A stretch of 64,000 bases of DNA from a virus. The position numbers were made by a program, and so were the translations under genes. Positions 30,601-37,166 of this stretch are shown in pieces; positions within the stretch are counted from its first letter, which is position 1, and every line of letters begins with the position of its first letter. The notes beneath the pieces are model-generated. The model saw only the letters and a list, made by a program, of their open reading frames with translations, made no database searches and was not told where the DNA came from. The stretch covers positions 32,001 to 96,000 of IMG/VR virus record IMGVR_UViG_3300028844_006119, one strand, 5' to 3'.

Positions 30601-31674
30601 ATTGATGCCCCGGACGGAACCCTGCTCACAGAATTCTCGTGGCATGTGTCGATTACTCCCCGTGTTTGGTCTCAGACCACGGACATCTACGAATACAGCT
30701 CTGAAAAGTCGGGTACCTACGCCGACGGCAGCCTCGACCCCCTACCGGACCACGTAAATACGCCAGAAAAGCAAGCGGATTGGGGGATTTACCACAGCTG
30801 CCCTCAATCTGCCGATGGGGTTACCTCTCCGCCCCCCATTGGGGTGTCGGAGTCGTGCCTGTCCCATGCTGTCGGAGCGTGGGAGGCTAAGGCGGGGTTT
30901 GCAGTAGATATCTACCGACTGAAGATAGGATCTTCGTCTAACCCGGAGGATTGGACTAACTTCGACCACCTAGAGGAGCATTCAATGGCCGAAAGGGTCC
31001 ATACCTCTACGGTCAGCCTGTCCTCCCTGGACAAGCAGCCCCACGAAGTGGTCGACCAGCACTACCCGGCAGCTACAGGACATTCCAGGTCAACGGGCGT
31101 CATTTTCAAATGGAGTGAGTCGGCCGTTGCTGTACCGGGCGCTGTAGGACATCCTCAGTATACGCCCCCCAATGAGTGCCACATTAAGGGCACAGAAGAC
31201 GTTTCGATAGAGATCGATAGATCTCAGTACACTTACTTCGCAGTAATCAGGGCATTTGTGACGGGTGACCGGCTGTTCACAAGTTTAGCCCACCTAGGTT
31301 CGTCAGAGGTGGCCTCAGCTACCGGGTTTGCGGACAGCGCAGGCTCTCTGTACTGGTACTCGCATTGCGGTCCTGGACAGCAGTTTCAGAATTCTGCCGG
31401 AGATCTGCCCGGAGTATGGGCCAGCGGTTGGTCCGAGCTCTCCGAGCCGTTGTCTCAAATCGACTCCTCTCTAGTCCCCCTTTGGGTCAACTCCCAGAAC
31501 GGAGCATCTAGTATGGGTAAGTCTGCTACCTGTCGAGTAGGCACCAATCCGTTTGGTGTTCCTGCCTTCTCCTATGACGTGCCGGGGCTAGGGTTCGGGC
31601 TTCGGGAGCACTTTACTCCCCCAGTATTTACGTTCCGGGCATCTAGATCGGCGTACAAGACGGACAAGCCGTGA
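24670..31674 (+). CDS. Giant tail fibre / receptor-binding-type protein (2334 aa)
   Basis: GGAGG RBS; S/T/G/A-rich beta composition; last large gene of the tail operon. Confidence 0.55.
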   Translation: MSKFKRRPFMAGHTDVFVMSQPYLTGTEHINSDGLLDSIEALTSGVTQFELSFETEEGSGNFQLDVAVTAEADRTLAAIVEALNTAFGASSVSSLIEASDFEGCLRIQSLGSGLVDTPPLDGIPDTLSYVKILPNDSGSSFVDGADLFGFPSFPHPTAVATAGDLAHSPVRPLTQINRPGAAFIARGEDRVSQNFNRALHQLSINEDSLNTRLKARVPVPTVLDIERGSTRLQKDASNRIVGLLLTGTHSDALDSILGAESRVFVGGGLSRTSTLLDIADFFSVQDQEDNQIQADQRVVRVGAVTSGYTGSVTVPTFVSESGAPTSSVPDSTVPLDNGNLLGLQYEKTAATVISSVTDGCVLVCDSATFSTDGVIKGDLVTISGSSITAPISHNGTYYVETVISETELEVRPTDHNNVLILNESESGGLGSATVTTDGSFAQNVVLMFSPPIADFPPDRVAEDGTTPITGVLRIVLGLEAPLGEVPSEFLARSTVKTAAEVDAFVTRRVWRRMSFDGLYQGQSYDFRGSQQGGGAEGRITHGPISLSVASNRDRPASLTAEMTGAGSLEMRGDDLVLTADPTFVFSDTDIGKVVFVSDTGGTLFADETPFTLSEFLSYREIRLTPPVDYKDWRTADLVGTTSCSFEVVSEGQAAIQAAMMFVANDKTAAGDASSKTGLVFVRNHRDGADGDVSPGTSFLHLERIRNVKTRNAGVNSDADAHFLSASTTAAARTITLTGTTSSDVVHLKDNTHLFWSENATVRSSNGIGCTLLRIVNGPNAGFYEVHELSVDTGVFTVQPIENAFDGATTWAGFISTAVTQVANLYNVVFSVGGKRTAQDPVLGAVEVTSGVTAFADAADKVAEGTYTPSAGVARAIQAHWIGEGSALHVRVNDPDFYSISSVSASTGYAIDVRVYNPAQGGYVRAHANFSSGRAADRVARALRLHTDSSTVDRKRESVPSDVLTEASGSSLEATSRYADPAIKVMAGTAEDPQHTKLFPGGPFPDTSSSALVIMDNRYADLTGEATDTSTDQINVPQGLRIGALTITGATTINRESPVLSMSPILSSAVAPLFALRSSVGFGRFSPTESPTWTSGANYTLFENSSSHGIFGAWPGKSAHLMPGWSDRYYAHTASASLGFPELDLNYPTAGSSVGSITLSSSDYSLFQTKHEYVLSLPEGQTLFGGPSDFAEHLPGRVLWVSLDDGTGAGEATHSFLFRVEAMVVSSGIRLALYAQDEGGHRPNFMAWTVISCGLKAARWSHAYIDIADSMMIGSAYQKSELSSLELYEESLSQASSHSPILTLLRTSPYAPQGDYIGSDWYDIEKDADGLASIEYTGGGTVAVTAANLGLLSDNVVSLGPSGFIKFSFFADMSSNPTGQALWLLNHAIPGFSQESSPFSQFFLGGGATWTQYDDGIVNNSQWNVYAPEIDLLGAEADRKIFRNGYFFESIALPASDRSRIDAALTGTVSDSSHIVRWSPHRGGSLSLAQSRAGQFPAINELSGTRIWMPVGRSFSSEYLNLRVSVAGSHILEAIYGADMATPWATHTGFLIAIRRADGTAIATKEMTIEVAAGSTGDLVEKAFATSQDIQTGLTFSDFGDNGLGGQSPTFREDGSLNKGRAETSEPLFVTIDFYTLRLSSTESLDSTKAVELYATLPELGGGTSPVIPLPYEEIAGSDANNGRLIFSALQVTDVRPPAYLTGSAAVGGTVTARNFRYRDAVTKYLSSGPEKVQFHTGLRYSNVASSHTFTLAPAADNYYPSSSASALGQQTGNMSLGKSAFNGLGPITGMFQPLYGSAGGFRSTERIGYLTDSALDADITALGLGDNAYTLGTSNDQDSVRLVNELNGSGVLGSVNSKTAVAPAPAGLATPQGMSSVAVPDSALNLTYTDQGQPWVQVTHDQSVQFHRGVSGASIVGHHSNDPLWYQCEALSRKRGSVSQYLVRGVSDGYTSTARDAEFLFHRNGVVMPGPTGFVVPIDAPDGTLLTEFSWHVSITPRVWSQTTDIYEYSSEKSGTYADGSLDPLPDHVNTPEKQADWGIYHSCPQSADGVTSPPPIGVSESCLSHAVGAWEAKAGFAVDIYRLKIGSSSNPEDWTNFDHLEEHSMAERVHTSTVSLSSLDKQPHEVVDQHYPAATGHSRSTGVIFKWSESAVAVPGAVGHPQYTPPNECHIKGTEDVSIEIDRSQYTYFAVIRAFVTGDRLFTSLAHLGSSEVASATGFADSAGSLYWYSHCGPGQQFQNSAGDLPGVWASGWSELSEPLSQIDSSLVPLWVNSQNGASSMGKSATCRVGTNPFGVPAFSYDVPGLGFGLREHFTPPVFTFRASRSAYKTDKP

Positions 31675-31847
31675 GCTCTCCCTTAAGCCTGGACACTATG
31701 AAGCTTATGTGGGGGATCACCCCCACTAAGCGAGCTGACAGTGTCGAGGAGAAGAAGGAGATCAAGTCTGCGGATCAGGTCCTGTCCTCTCTCACAAAGA
31801 ACCAGCTAAAAAAGCGGCGCTCCTCCAACAAGAAGAAGCGCCGCTAG
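31671..31847 (+). CDS. Small basic protein, 58 aa (not in ORF track)
   Basis: GTGA overlap; hand translation MSSPLSLDTMKLMWGITPTKRADSVEEKKEIKSADQVLSSLTKNQLKKRRSSNKKKRR. Confidence 0.5.
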   Translation: MSSPLSLDTMKLMWGITPTKRADSVEEKKEIKSADQVLSSLTKNQLKKRRSSNKKKRR

Positions 31848-31850
31848 TTC

Positions 31851-32021
31851 TCAGAGAGATAGGGAGATGATCCTACGAATCATGTCCTCCCTATCGCCCT
31901 CACTTGAGTACCCGAGATCGTCGAGAATGTCACGGAGACCTGAGAGGCTTACTGCCTCCAGATCGTCCGTAACGTCTACTAGACCCAGGTCGTCCCCTCT
32001 AGGGACGTGATCTCGTTTCCC
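31851..32021 (-). CDS. SAP-like domain ORF without an ATG start; possible -1 frameshift extension of the upstream gene
   Basis: Hand translation ...VDVTDDLEAVSLSGLRDILDDLGYSSEGDREDMIRRIISLSL; the frame is open back through GGGAAAC at 32021-32015. Confidence 0.5.
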   Translation of the reverse strand, partial: GKRDHVPRGDDLGLVDVTDDLEAVSLSGLRDILDDLGYSSEGDREDMIRRIISLSL

Positions 32022-32839
32022 GGATCTTGCTCTCCATTGTAGACCCAGCAGAGGTGCTCCTCAATGGTCTGCAACTTCTTGGTCAAGTTGGAGATCTCGC
32101 CCTGCAAGGCAGTGATCTCCTCATCACGAGCTGCGGCCGAGGCTGCGGCCTTATCCAGCATAGTTCCGATGGTCTGCAGCATGTCGACCATGAGAGCGTT
32201 GGGCTCCGTAGGCGGGGGAGTTGCCGCCGCCGCCGCCTTCTTGTTCCGGCGGGGACGCCGGCCTGGGGTCGCCTTGGCTCCCTCAACGGGAGCCTCCTCA
32301 ACGGGAGCTTCCTCGACCGGCTTCTTGCGTCGAGTGCGGCGCTGCTTGGGAGGGGCTTTCTCCTCAGGCGCAGCCTCGGGGGCCTCGGGGGCCTCGGCCT
32401 CCTTCTTTGGGGCCTTCGCCGCCTTCTTGGCGCCTCCGCCCAGGTCTGCTGCCAACGCCTGAAGGGCGGCGTCATCCATCTCTGCGACCCCGGAGTACAG
32501 CTGTTCCCCGTTGTCATTGGTCATGGCACTGATGGCATCTACCAAGGCCTGTGCCTTCATTGGAAAGGATTTGCCCTGGCTCACAGCCCCAGAAAGAACT
32601 GCCACCATGCGAAGGTGCTTGCGTGATCCGATGATATCCATATCTATGATTTGTCCTGGTTTTTGTTTGGTTTTTATTACTACTTCTGGTCCGAACAGAT
32701 CTACTGCCCGGACCCTGCCATTGAGCACAGAGTCTTCTACATTTTCGAAGACCCCACACCCTTCAAGGAGCATCACCATCTCCGGGGTCGCTTTTCTGCA
32801 GTGAGGCAGCGAAGCGCAGGAGATGCAGGGGCCTCTCAT
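31979..32839 (-). CDS. Putative nucleoid/DNA-binding protein: N-terminal Cys motif, K/A/P/E/R-rich linker, C-terminal coiled coil
   Basis: ATGA overlap at 32839; CISCASLPHC; KKAAKAPKKEAEAPEAPE, PVEEAPVEEAPVE, RRTRRKK. Confidence 0.6.
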   Translation of the reverse strand: MRGPCISCASLPHCRKATPEMVMLLEGCGVFENVEDSVLNGRVRAVDLFGPEVVIKTKQKPGQIIDMDIIGSRKHLRMVAVLSGAVSQGKSFPMKAQALVDAISAMTNDNGEQLYSGVAEMDDAALQALAADLGGGAKKAAKAPKKEAEAPEAPEAAPEEKAPPKQRRTRRKKPVEEAPVEEAPVEGAKATPGRRPRRNKKAAAAATPPPTEPNALMVDMLQTIGTMLDKAAASAAARDEEITALQGEISNLTKKLQTIEEHLCWVYNGEQDPGNEITSLEGTTWV

Positions 32840-33138
32840 AGGATGTCTTCTTTGAGTCCCATCCAGCATCGAACGACGATCATGTTTGGGCACCCGTAGG
32901 ACACACACTTTCCATTACACCCCGGAAGTTGTGTCCGAAGTCTCCGGAAATTCCTACGGATATGGTCCTGCATCTCCTGTCTATGGGCAGAGAGAGGACA
33001 TTCCTCTCCTTCTTCCCCGTCTAGGGTGGCCTCGAGCTCCGACCGAGGCCCGTCTCTGTGGACATTCTTACCGTCCACTTCCCTGCAGAGCTCCTGGAGC
33101 TCCGTTCTATTCAGCTCGTCGTACATCCGGGATCCCAT
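32836..33138 (-). CDS. Small protein with a HeH/SAP/Rho-N-like N-terminus and Cys-rich C-terminus
   Basis: YDELNRTELQELCREV...RSELEATL; CNGKCVSYGC. Start may be 33126. Confidence 0.55.
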   Translation of the reverse strand: MGSRMYDELNRTELQELCREVDGKNVHRDGPRSELEATLDGEEGEECPLSAHRQEMQDHIRRNFRRLRTQLPGCNGKCVSYGCPNMIVVRCWMGLKEDIL

Positions 33139-33580
33139 AGTTTTCTGGGTCTCCGGGCCTCAGAATCATTCTAAGGCCTGTCGGCTCTCCCATGCTTTTG
33201 GTTAGGGTCAGACGGAAAAACAGGCAGTCGTCGATCTCTCCGAGAGTCTCTACGAGACAGTCCTCGACCAACTTACGCCTATTCCCTACGTCAAACTTCT
33301 TATGCAGTGTTTTGGCCTTCTTTTTCGCCCAGCCTTTATTGATCACTGTCTCGAAGAAGAAGTGAATATCAAGCTCGTAGATGCTCCGCTCGTCGTGAAG
33401 TCCTACGAATTGGCTCATTTCAATCAAGTAGTTTTGTCGAATATGCTCCGAGAAAAGCTTCTTGAAGTCGCGAGCCTCCTTTGAGTAAACCTGTCCTCCC
33501 TGCCACCTGTGAACCCGAATTCGGTTTTCAGAGGGAGGAAGGAAGGGGATGAACAGACTTAGCTCCCTATTTGAAGTCAT
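33107..33580 (-). CDS. rusA: RusA-family Holliday junction resolvase
   Basis: IPFLPPSEN; DVGNRRKLVEDCL....IDD matches D.DN..K...D.L....DD. Confidence 0.75.
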   Translation of the reverse strand: MTSNRELSLFIPFLPPSENRIRVHRWQGGQVYSKEARDFKKLFSEHIRQNYLIEMSQFVGLHDERSIYELDIHFFFETVINKGWAKKKAKTLHKKFDVGNRRKLVEDCLVETLGEIDDCLFFRLTLTKSMGEPTGLRMILRPGDPENYGIPDVRRAE

Positions 33581-34133
33581 TGCCGCCCCCGCTCCACTTC
33601 TTCCGTCCAATGTTCCCGTCCCTGCGGTTCATGCTGATCTCCATCTCCTTGGTGGTGATGAGGCGCGACACCACGCGCAGGTCCCTGCTGGCGGCCTCCG
33701 CGCGGATCTCTACAAGTCTCGAGTACGTGTCCTCCTCAACGTAGTTGGCATTGGCCTCCACCCACCGAGAATCCGTTACCGTCTTGTCCTCTTTGTCCTG
33801 GACAGTGCCGGTCTGTCTCTTCCTGATCTGAGCCTTGGCCTGCTTCAGCTTCTGCTCTGCATTAGATGCGGCGGCCTTCGCCACTGTCAGCAGCCCGTGA
33901 ACCCAATCAGTAAAGCGGCACTGCAGAGAGTAGATCTCCCCCAGCTCTTTGTTGGTGTAGCTGTTGATATCCGCAGGGAGATGCCCGTCATAGTAGGACC
34001 CGTCATCCAGCATGGGACGTGGAGCCATCTGGAGGCCCACATCCTCAAGGCGCTGAATGGCTCTCATCGTCGCGTTGTCGTACTTCTCATCGGCCTCGTC
34101 CAGGCGAATGGAGTAATCCATGCCGCTTTTCAC
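33567..34133 (-). CDS. Helical protein, possible UvsY-like recombination mediator
   Basis: Long coiled-coil hairpin; located in the recombination cluster near recA. Confidence 0.35.
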   Translation of the reverse strand: MKSGMDYSIRLDEADEKYDNATMRAIQRLEDVGLQMAPRPMLDDGSYYDGHLPADINSYTNKELGEIYSLQCRFTDWVHGLLTVAKAAASNAEQKLKQAKAQIRKRQTGTVQDKEDKTVTDSRWVEANANYVEEDTYSRLVEIRAEAASRDLRVVSRLITTKEMEISMNRRDGNIGRKKWSGGGNDFK

Positions 34134-34942
34134 GACAGCCTCTGGTCACAGAAGTAGTTGTAGGGGCACTGCTGACACATGTTCTTGTCTGCATCTGCGA
34201 TAGGCGCGATGCCCGACTCAATCGCGTCATCTACTTTCTTGCCCTTATTTCTCCACCACTTCTTGTAGGTGCGCGGGTTGTACGGGACTACGAACTCCTT
34301 GACGGAGTGCGGCCACAGCTTCGACACGTACAGGAAGCTGATGAACGGGATGTCCAACGCCGTCGCATAGATGCCCTCTGCCTGAACCAGATGCTCCTTC
34401 TTGGGCTCGGTGAGCTTATCGAACTCCTTGCCGATGCTCTTGATCTCGAGAAGGACTCTTGCCTTCGGCAGCTCAACCACGCCATCTGTGCGGCTGTTCA
34501 GAACAAAAGCCTCGGGCAGATCCACCCGGACCTCATCCCTGAACTTTCCCGGTAGGGCGACGTGTAGCGCCCGCTGAACCACATCGTGGATTGCATGGCC
34601 CATGGAGAAGGTCACCAGAAGCTCTGGGCGGAACTCCGACTTTGGGGCTCTGTCCGCGATCACATCGTAGTACAGGCGACGCCGACACGTATGTGCGGAT
34701 GACGCGTGAATGGTCCCTACCGACCGCATCCCCTTCTTCCAAAGACCCGTGCCGTCGCAGGTCCGACAGGTTTCTGTTGGCGGAGCCTCCTTCCACTCCT
34801 CATACTCGTCGAGGGTGGATCCGGTCTCTCGGCCCATTTGTCGGGCACCCTTGTAGTAGTACTCACGGAGCTTGATCCCGCTCCGAACTTCCTCTACCTC
34901 TTCTGCGCTTGAGTTGAGCAAATCTTCAATTGTCCAAATCAT
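34130..34942 (-). CDS. Cas4-like PD-(D/E)XK exonuclease with Fe-S cysteines
   Basis: HASSAHTCRRRLYY, GHAIHD, TDG, EIKS, Q....YA, CQQCPYNYFC; extra CRTCDGTG. Confidence 0.8.
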   Translation of the reverse strand: MIWTIEDLLNSSAEEVEEVRSGIKLREYYYKGARQMGRETGSTLDEYEEWKEAPPTETCRTCDGTGLWKKGMRSVGTIHASSAHTCRRRLYYDVIADRAPKSEFRPELLVTFSMGHAIHDVVQRALHVALPGKFRDEVRVDLPEAFVLNSRTDGVVELPKARVLLEIKSIGKEFDKLTEPKKEHLVQAEGIYATALDIPFISFLYVSKLWPHSVKEFVVPYNPRTYKKWWRNKGKKVDDAIESGIAPIADADKNMCQQCPYNYFCDQRLS

Positions 34943-35393
34943 TAAATGCCTCCAGCATCTGGATGAACCAGTCCTCAGGTACGATGTAATAGGCCTGGCC
35001 CTGCTTTCGGAACTCCACATAGAACAGGGGAATCTGGTCCCCCTCGGACTGGTTGGCGATCTTCTGCAGTTCCTCGGCCTTCAAGCTGTATGACTTCTTA
35101 TCCGTGTACTTGCATTCGACGCGGACAGTGTCTGACCGGACATCCCCTTTATCGATGGGGGTCTGCCCGGAAGCGATGGTCTGACGAGCGCCTAGATTCT
35201 TGGCCACTCTTTTCTCTTGTTTATCTGCCTGCCTGCGGGTGCTTTTAGACTTAGGTTTCTTGGGTGTGTATTCCCGAGAAACGGCCTGGAACTTAGAGAA
35301 GGTTCTGCGGCATGTGCCACAAATGGTCTTCCCCAAGGCCCAGGCCTTGATGTTGAAGCCACCACAATGCGGGCATGAATCCCGCTTGCCCAT
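34926..35393 (-). CDS. Hjc-type PD-(D/E)XK nuclease/resolvase with an N-terminal Zn ribbon
   Basis: CPHC...CGTC; QEKRVAK, SG....KGDV, VECK. Confidence 0.7.
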   Translation of the reverse strand: MGKRDSCPHCGGFNIKAWALGKTICGTCRRTFSKFQAVSREYTPKKPKSKSTRRQADKQEKRVAKNLGARQTIASGQTPIDKGDVRSDTVRVECKYTDKKSYSLKAEELQKIANQSEGDQIPLFYVEFRKQGQAYYIVPEDWFIQMLEAFNDLDN

Positions 35394-36547
35394 CAGTGGC
35401 TACACCGGATTCCGGCCTTAGAGAGCGTAAGCCTCTCGATCTCGTCAAGCAGATCATTCTCGATGACGTACTGAGCCGCCTTTGCAGCTCCCTGTCCGAT
35501 CTGCTCTCCGTTGTACGAGTACCAGGCTCCCGCCCGCTCCACTACTCCATGTTGTGCGGCGACAGACACACTGTGCTCTGCTCGGGCAATCCCACACAGG
35601 GAGTAGTAGAAGTCGTACTTGCCCTGAGCCCCCTCGTGACCGCCAGCCTTCTGCTTTGTGATCTCCCAGCGGATCGTCTTTCCGATCTTGCCCTTCTTCG
35701 GATCCTTGATCGTAGCGACCGGGCTCATCTGCAGAGTGACCCACCGAGCGTGCTTCAGAGCCCAGCCCCCGGCTTCAATCGTCTTCGGGCTGTACTTGTT
35801 GGCGCGGTCAGTGTTGTCCCGGACCTGATTGATCGCCAGGACGCAGGTGAGGTTGGGGTTCCCCTTCTCGTCAGGCGCCATGGCGAAGTTCAGCTTTCTG
35901 GCGAAGCGGGTGTTCAGCATCGCTGCGCCACCCACTCGCTGAGACCCCGACAGATCGTTCTCGTCGTCATGCTCCGTCAGCAACGAGCCGAACGAATCAA
36001 TCAGTACGATGTCGAACTCCCGGCTGCCGATCAGCTCAAGGGCAATAGAGAGGCTGTCCTCTGCGGTGGACGGAGGTACGGTGACGAAGTCCCCTACCTG
36101 ATCCGTCAGCTCCTCAACCTCTTCGTCGGAGAGACCCTCTTCGCCCTCCCGCTCCATCTGGCGGTTGAGCTCGTTGACCTCTAGCTCTGAGAGTGCGACT
36201 CGCACCCCGCAGCTCTTCGCAAAGAGCTTGTCGTACACCATCTCCGTGCTGACTACGGCGATGGAGGTGTTCTCCCCATGTCGGATTTGGTGCTCCCTAA
36301 TCACCTGATTGGCGATCCAGTTCTTCCCGACACCCTGCTTCCCGGTCAGGAAGCTCATCCCTCCGGCGGGGAATCCGCCTGAGAGAGCGATGTCCAGGTC
36401 CAGGAGGGACGTAGACAAGCGCTTCAGCATCCAGGGCATTGTGTACTCCCCGGCGTTAAACACCTTTCCGGGGTACCGGGACTTTAGCTGGTTGAGTACT
36501 CCAGCAACGCCGCTACTTGCGGCGGTTTCCTTCTTCTTTCTTGGCAT
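35393..36547 (-). CDS. recA: RecA/UvsX recombinase
   Basis: STSLLDLDIALSGGFPAG, Walker A GKQGVGKN, IVLIDS, INQVRD, GGWALKH, GVVERAGAWYSY...GQG. Confidence 0.92.
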   Translation of the reverse strand: MPRKKKETAASSGVAGVLNQLKSRYPGKVFNAGEYTMPWMLKRLSTSLLDLDIALSGGFPAGGMSFLTGKQGVGKNWIANQVIREHQIRHGENTSIAVVSTEMVYDKLFAKSCGVRVALSELEVNELNRQMEREGEEGLSDEEVEELTDQVGDFVTVPPSTAEDSLSIALELIGSREFDIVLIDSFGSLLTEHDDENDLSGSQRVGGAAMLNTRFARKLNFAMAPDEKGNPNLTCVLAINQVRDNTDRANKYSPKTIEAGGWALKHARWVTLQMSPVATIKDPKKGKIGKTIRWEITKQKAGGHEGAQGKYDFYYSLCGIARAEHSVSVAAQHGVVERAGAWYSYNGEQIGQGAAKAAQYVIENDLLDEIERLTLSKAGIRCSH

Positions 36548-36698
36548 TTTTCTCCCAGGGACGAGTCCCACAGTTCGGGCAATGAGGCGTCATGCCTCGG
36601 TAATTTACGGATCGAGACCCGCAGGAAGAGCAGGGGGCCGCCCCCTGCATAGCGGTCTTGTTCATTTCTTCGTCGGTTACGACTGCGTACTTGTCCAT
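36513..36698 (-). CDS. Small Zn-ribbon protein
   Basis: CSSCG...CPNCG; contains EEMNKTA. Confidence 0.6.
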   Translation of the reverse strand: MDKYAVVTDEEMNKTAMQGAAPCSSCGSRSVNYRGMTPHCPNCGTRPWEKNAKKEEGNRRK

Positions 36699-36964
36699 CT
36701 GTTCAACTCCTGTCGAAAGGCTCTCATTGGCTTTACTGAGAGTAGGAGCATCCTAACCTTCGACGTCGTCCCGTGGACAGGGTCTCGTAGCGTTTTCGGA
36801 CGCATAGCTGAGCGCAGACGGAAGAGGGACTTGAAAGCTACTTCCTCCTGTCTGGTCAACGCTTCTCTTATGACGTTGTTCTGCGTGTCCATGAACAAGC
36901 GCACCGCGTTGCGCGGCATGCCCGTCCTCTTAGCGATCTCTCGCTCCATCTCCTTATCCGTCAT
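36677..36964 (-). CDS. HU/IHF-like DNA-binding protein
   Basis: MTDKEMEREIAKRTG...IREAL...RDPVHG...VKPMRAFRQEL. Confidence 0.75.
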   Translation of the reverse strand: MTDKEMEREIAKRTGMPRNAVRLFMDTQNNVIREALTRQEEVAFKSLFRLRSAMRPKTLRDPVHGTTSKVRMLLLSVKPMRAFRQELNRWTSTQS

Positions 36965-37166
36965 TGTTGACCACGGTGAAGGAGGCCGTACTGCCAAAAA
37001 CGAGAGCGCCTTTCTCACTCCGAAACAGCAGGCCAAGCTCCGAAGCCTCCTCAAAGGTGACTGCTATCGCTGGCTCAATTTTAATCCCATCGAGGGAGTA
37101 GAGAAGGACTTCTACTCCCTCTAAGGATCGAAGTTTGGGGCGATATTCTACGGTGACTCCCATCAC
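36954..37166 (-). CDS. Hypothetical protein
   Basis: Overlaps the polA stop and the HU-like start. Confidence 0.55.
   Translation of the reverse strand: MMGVTVEYRPKLRSLEGVEVLLYSLDGIKIEPAIAVTFEEASELGLLFRSEKGALVFGSTASFTVVNNDG

Noticed and set aside
24670-31674. Diversity-generating retroelement target
   Set aside because: No reverse transcriptase or template/variable repeat pair was noticed in the window.
34130-34942. Cas4-like gene as part of a CRISPR-Cas locus
   Set aside because: No repeat-spacer array or other cas genes are visible, and the context is recombination.
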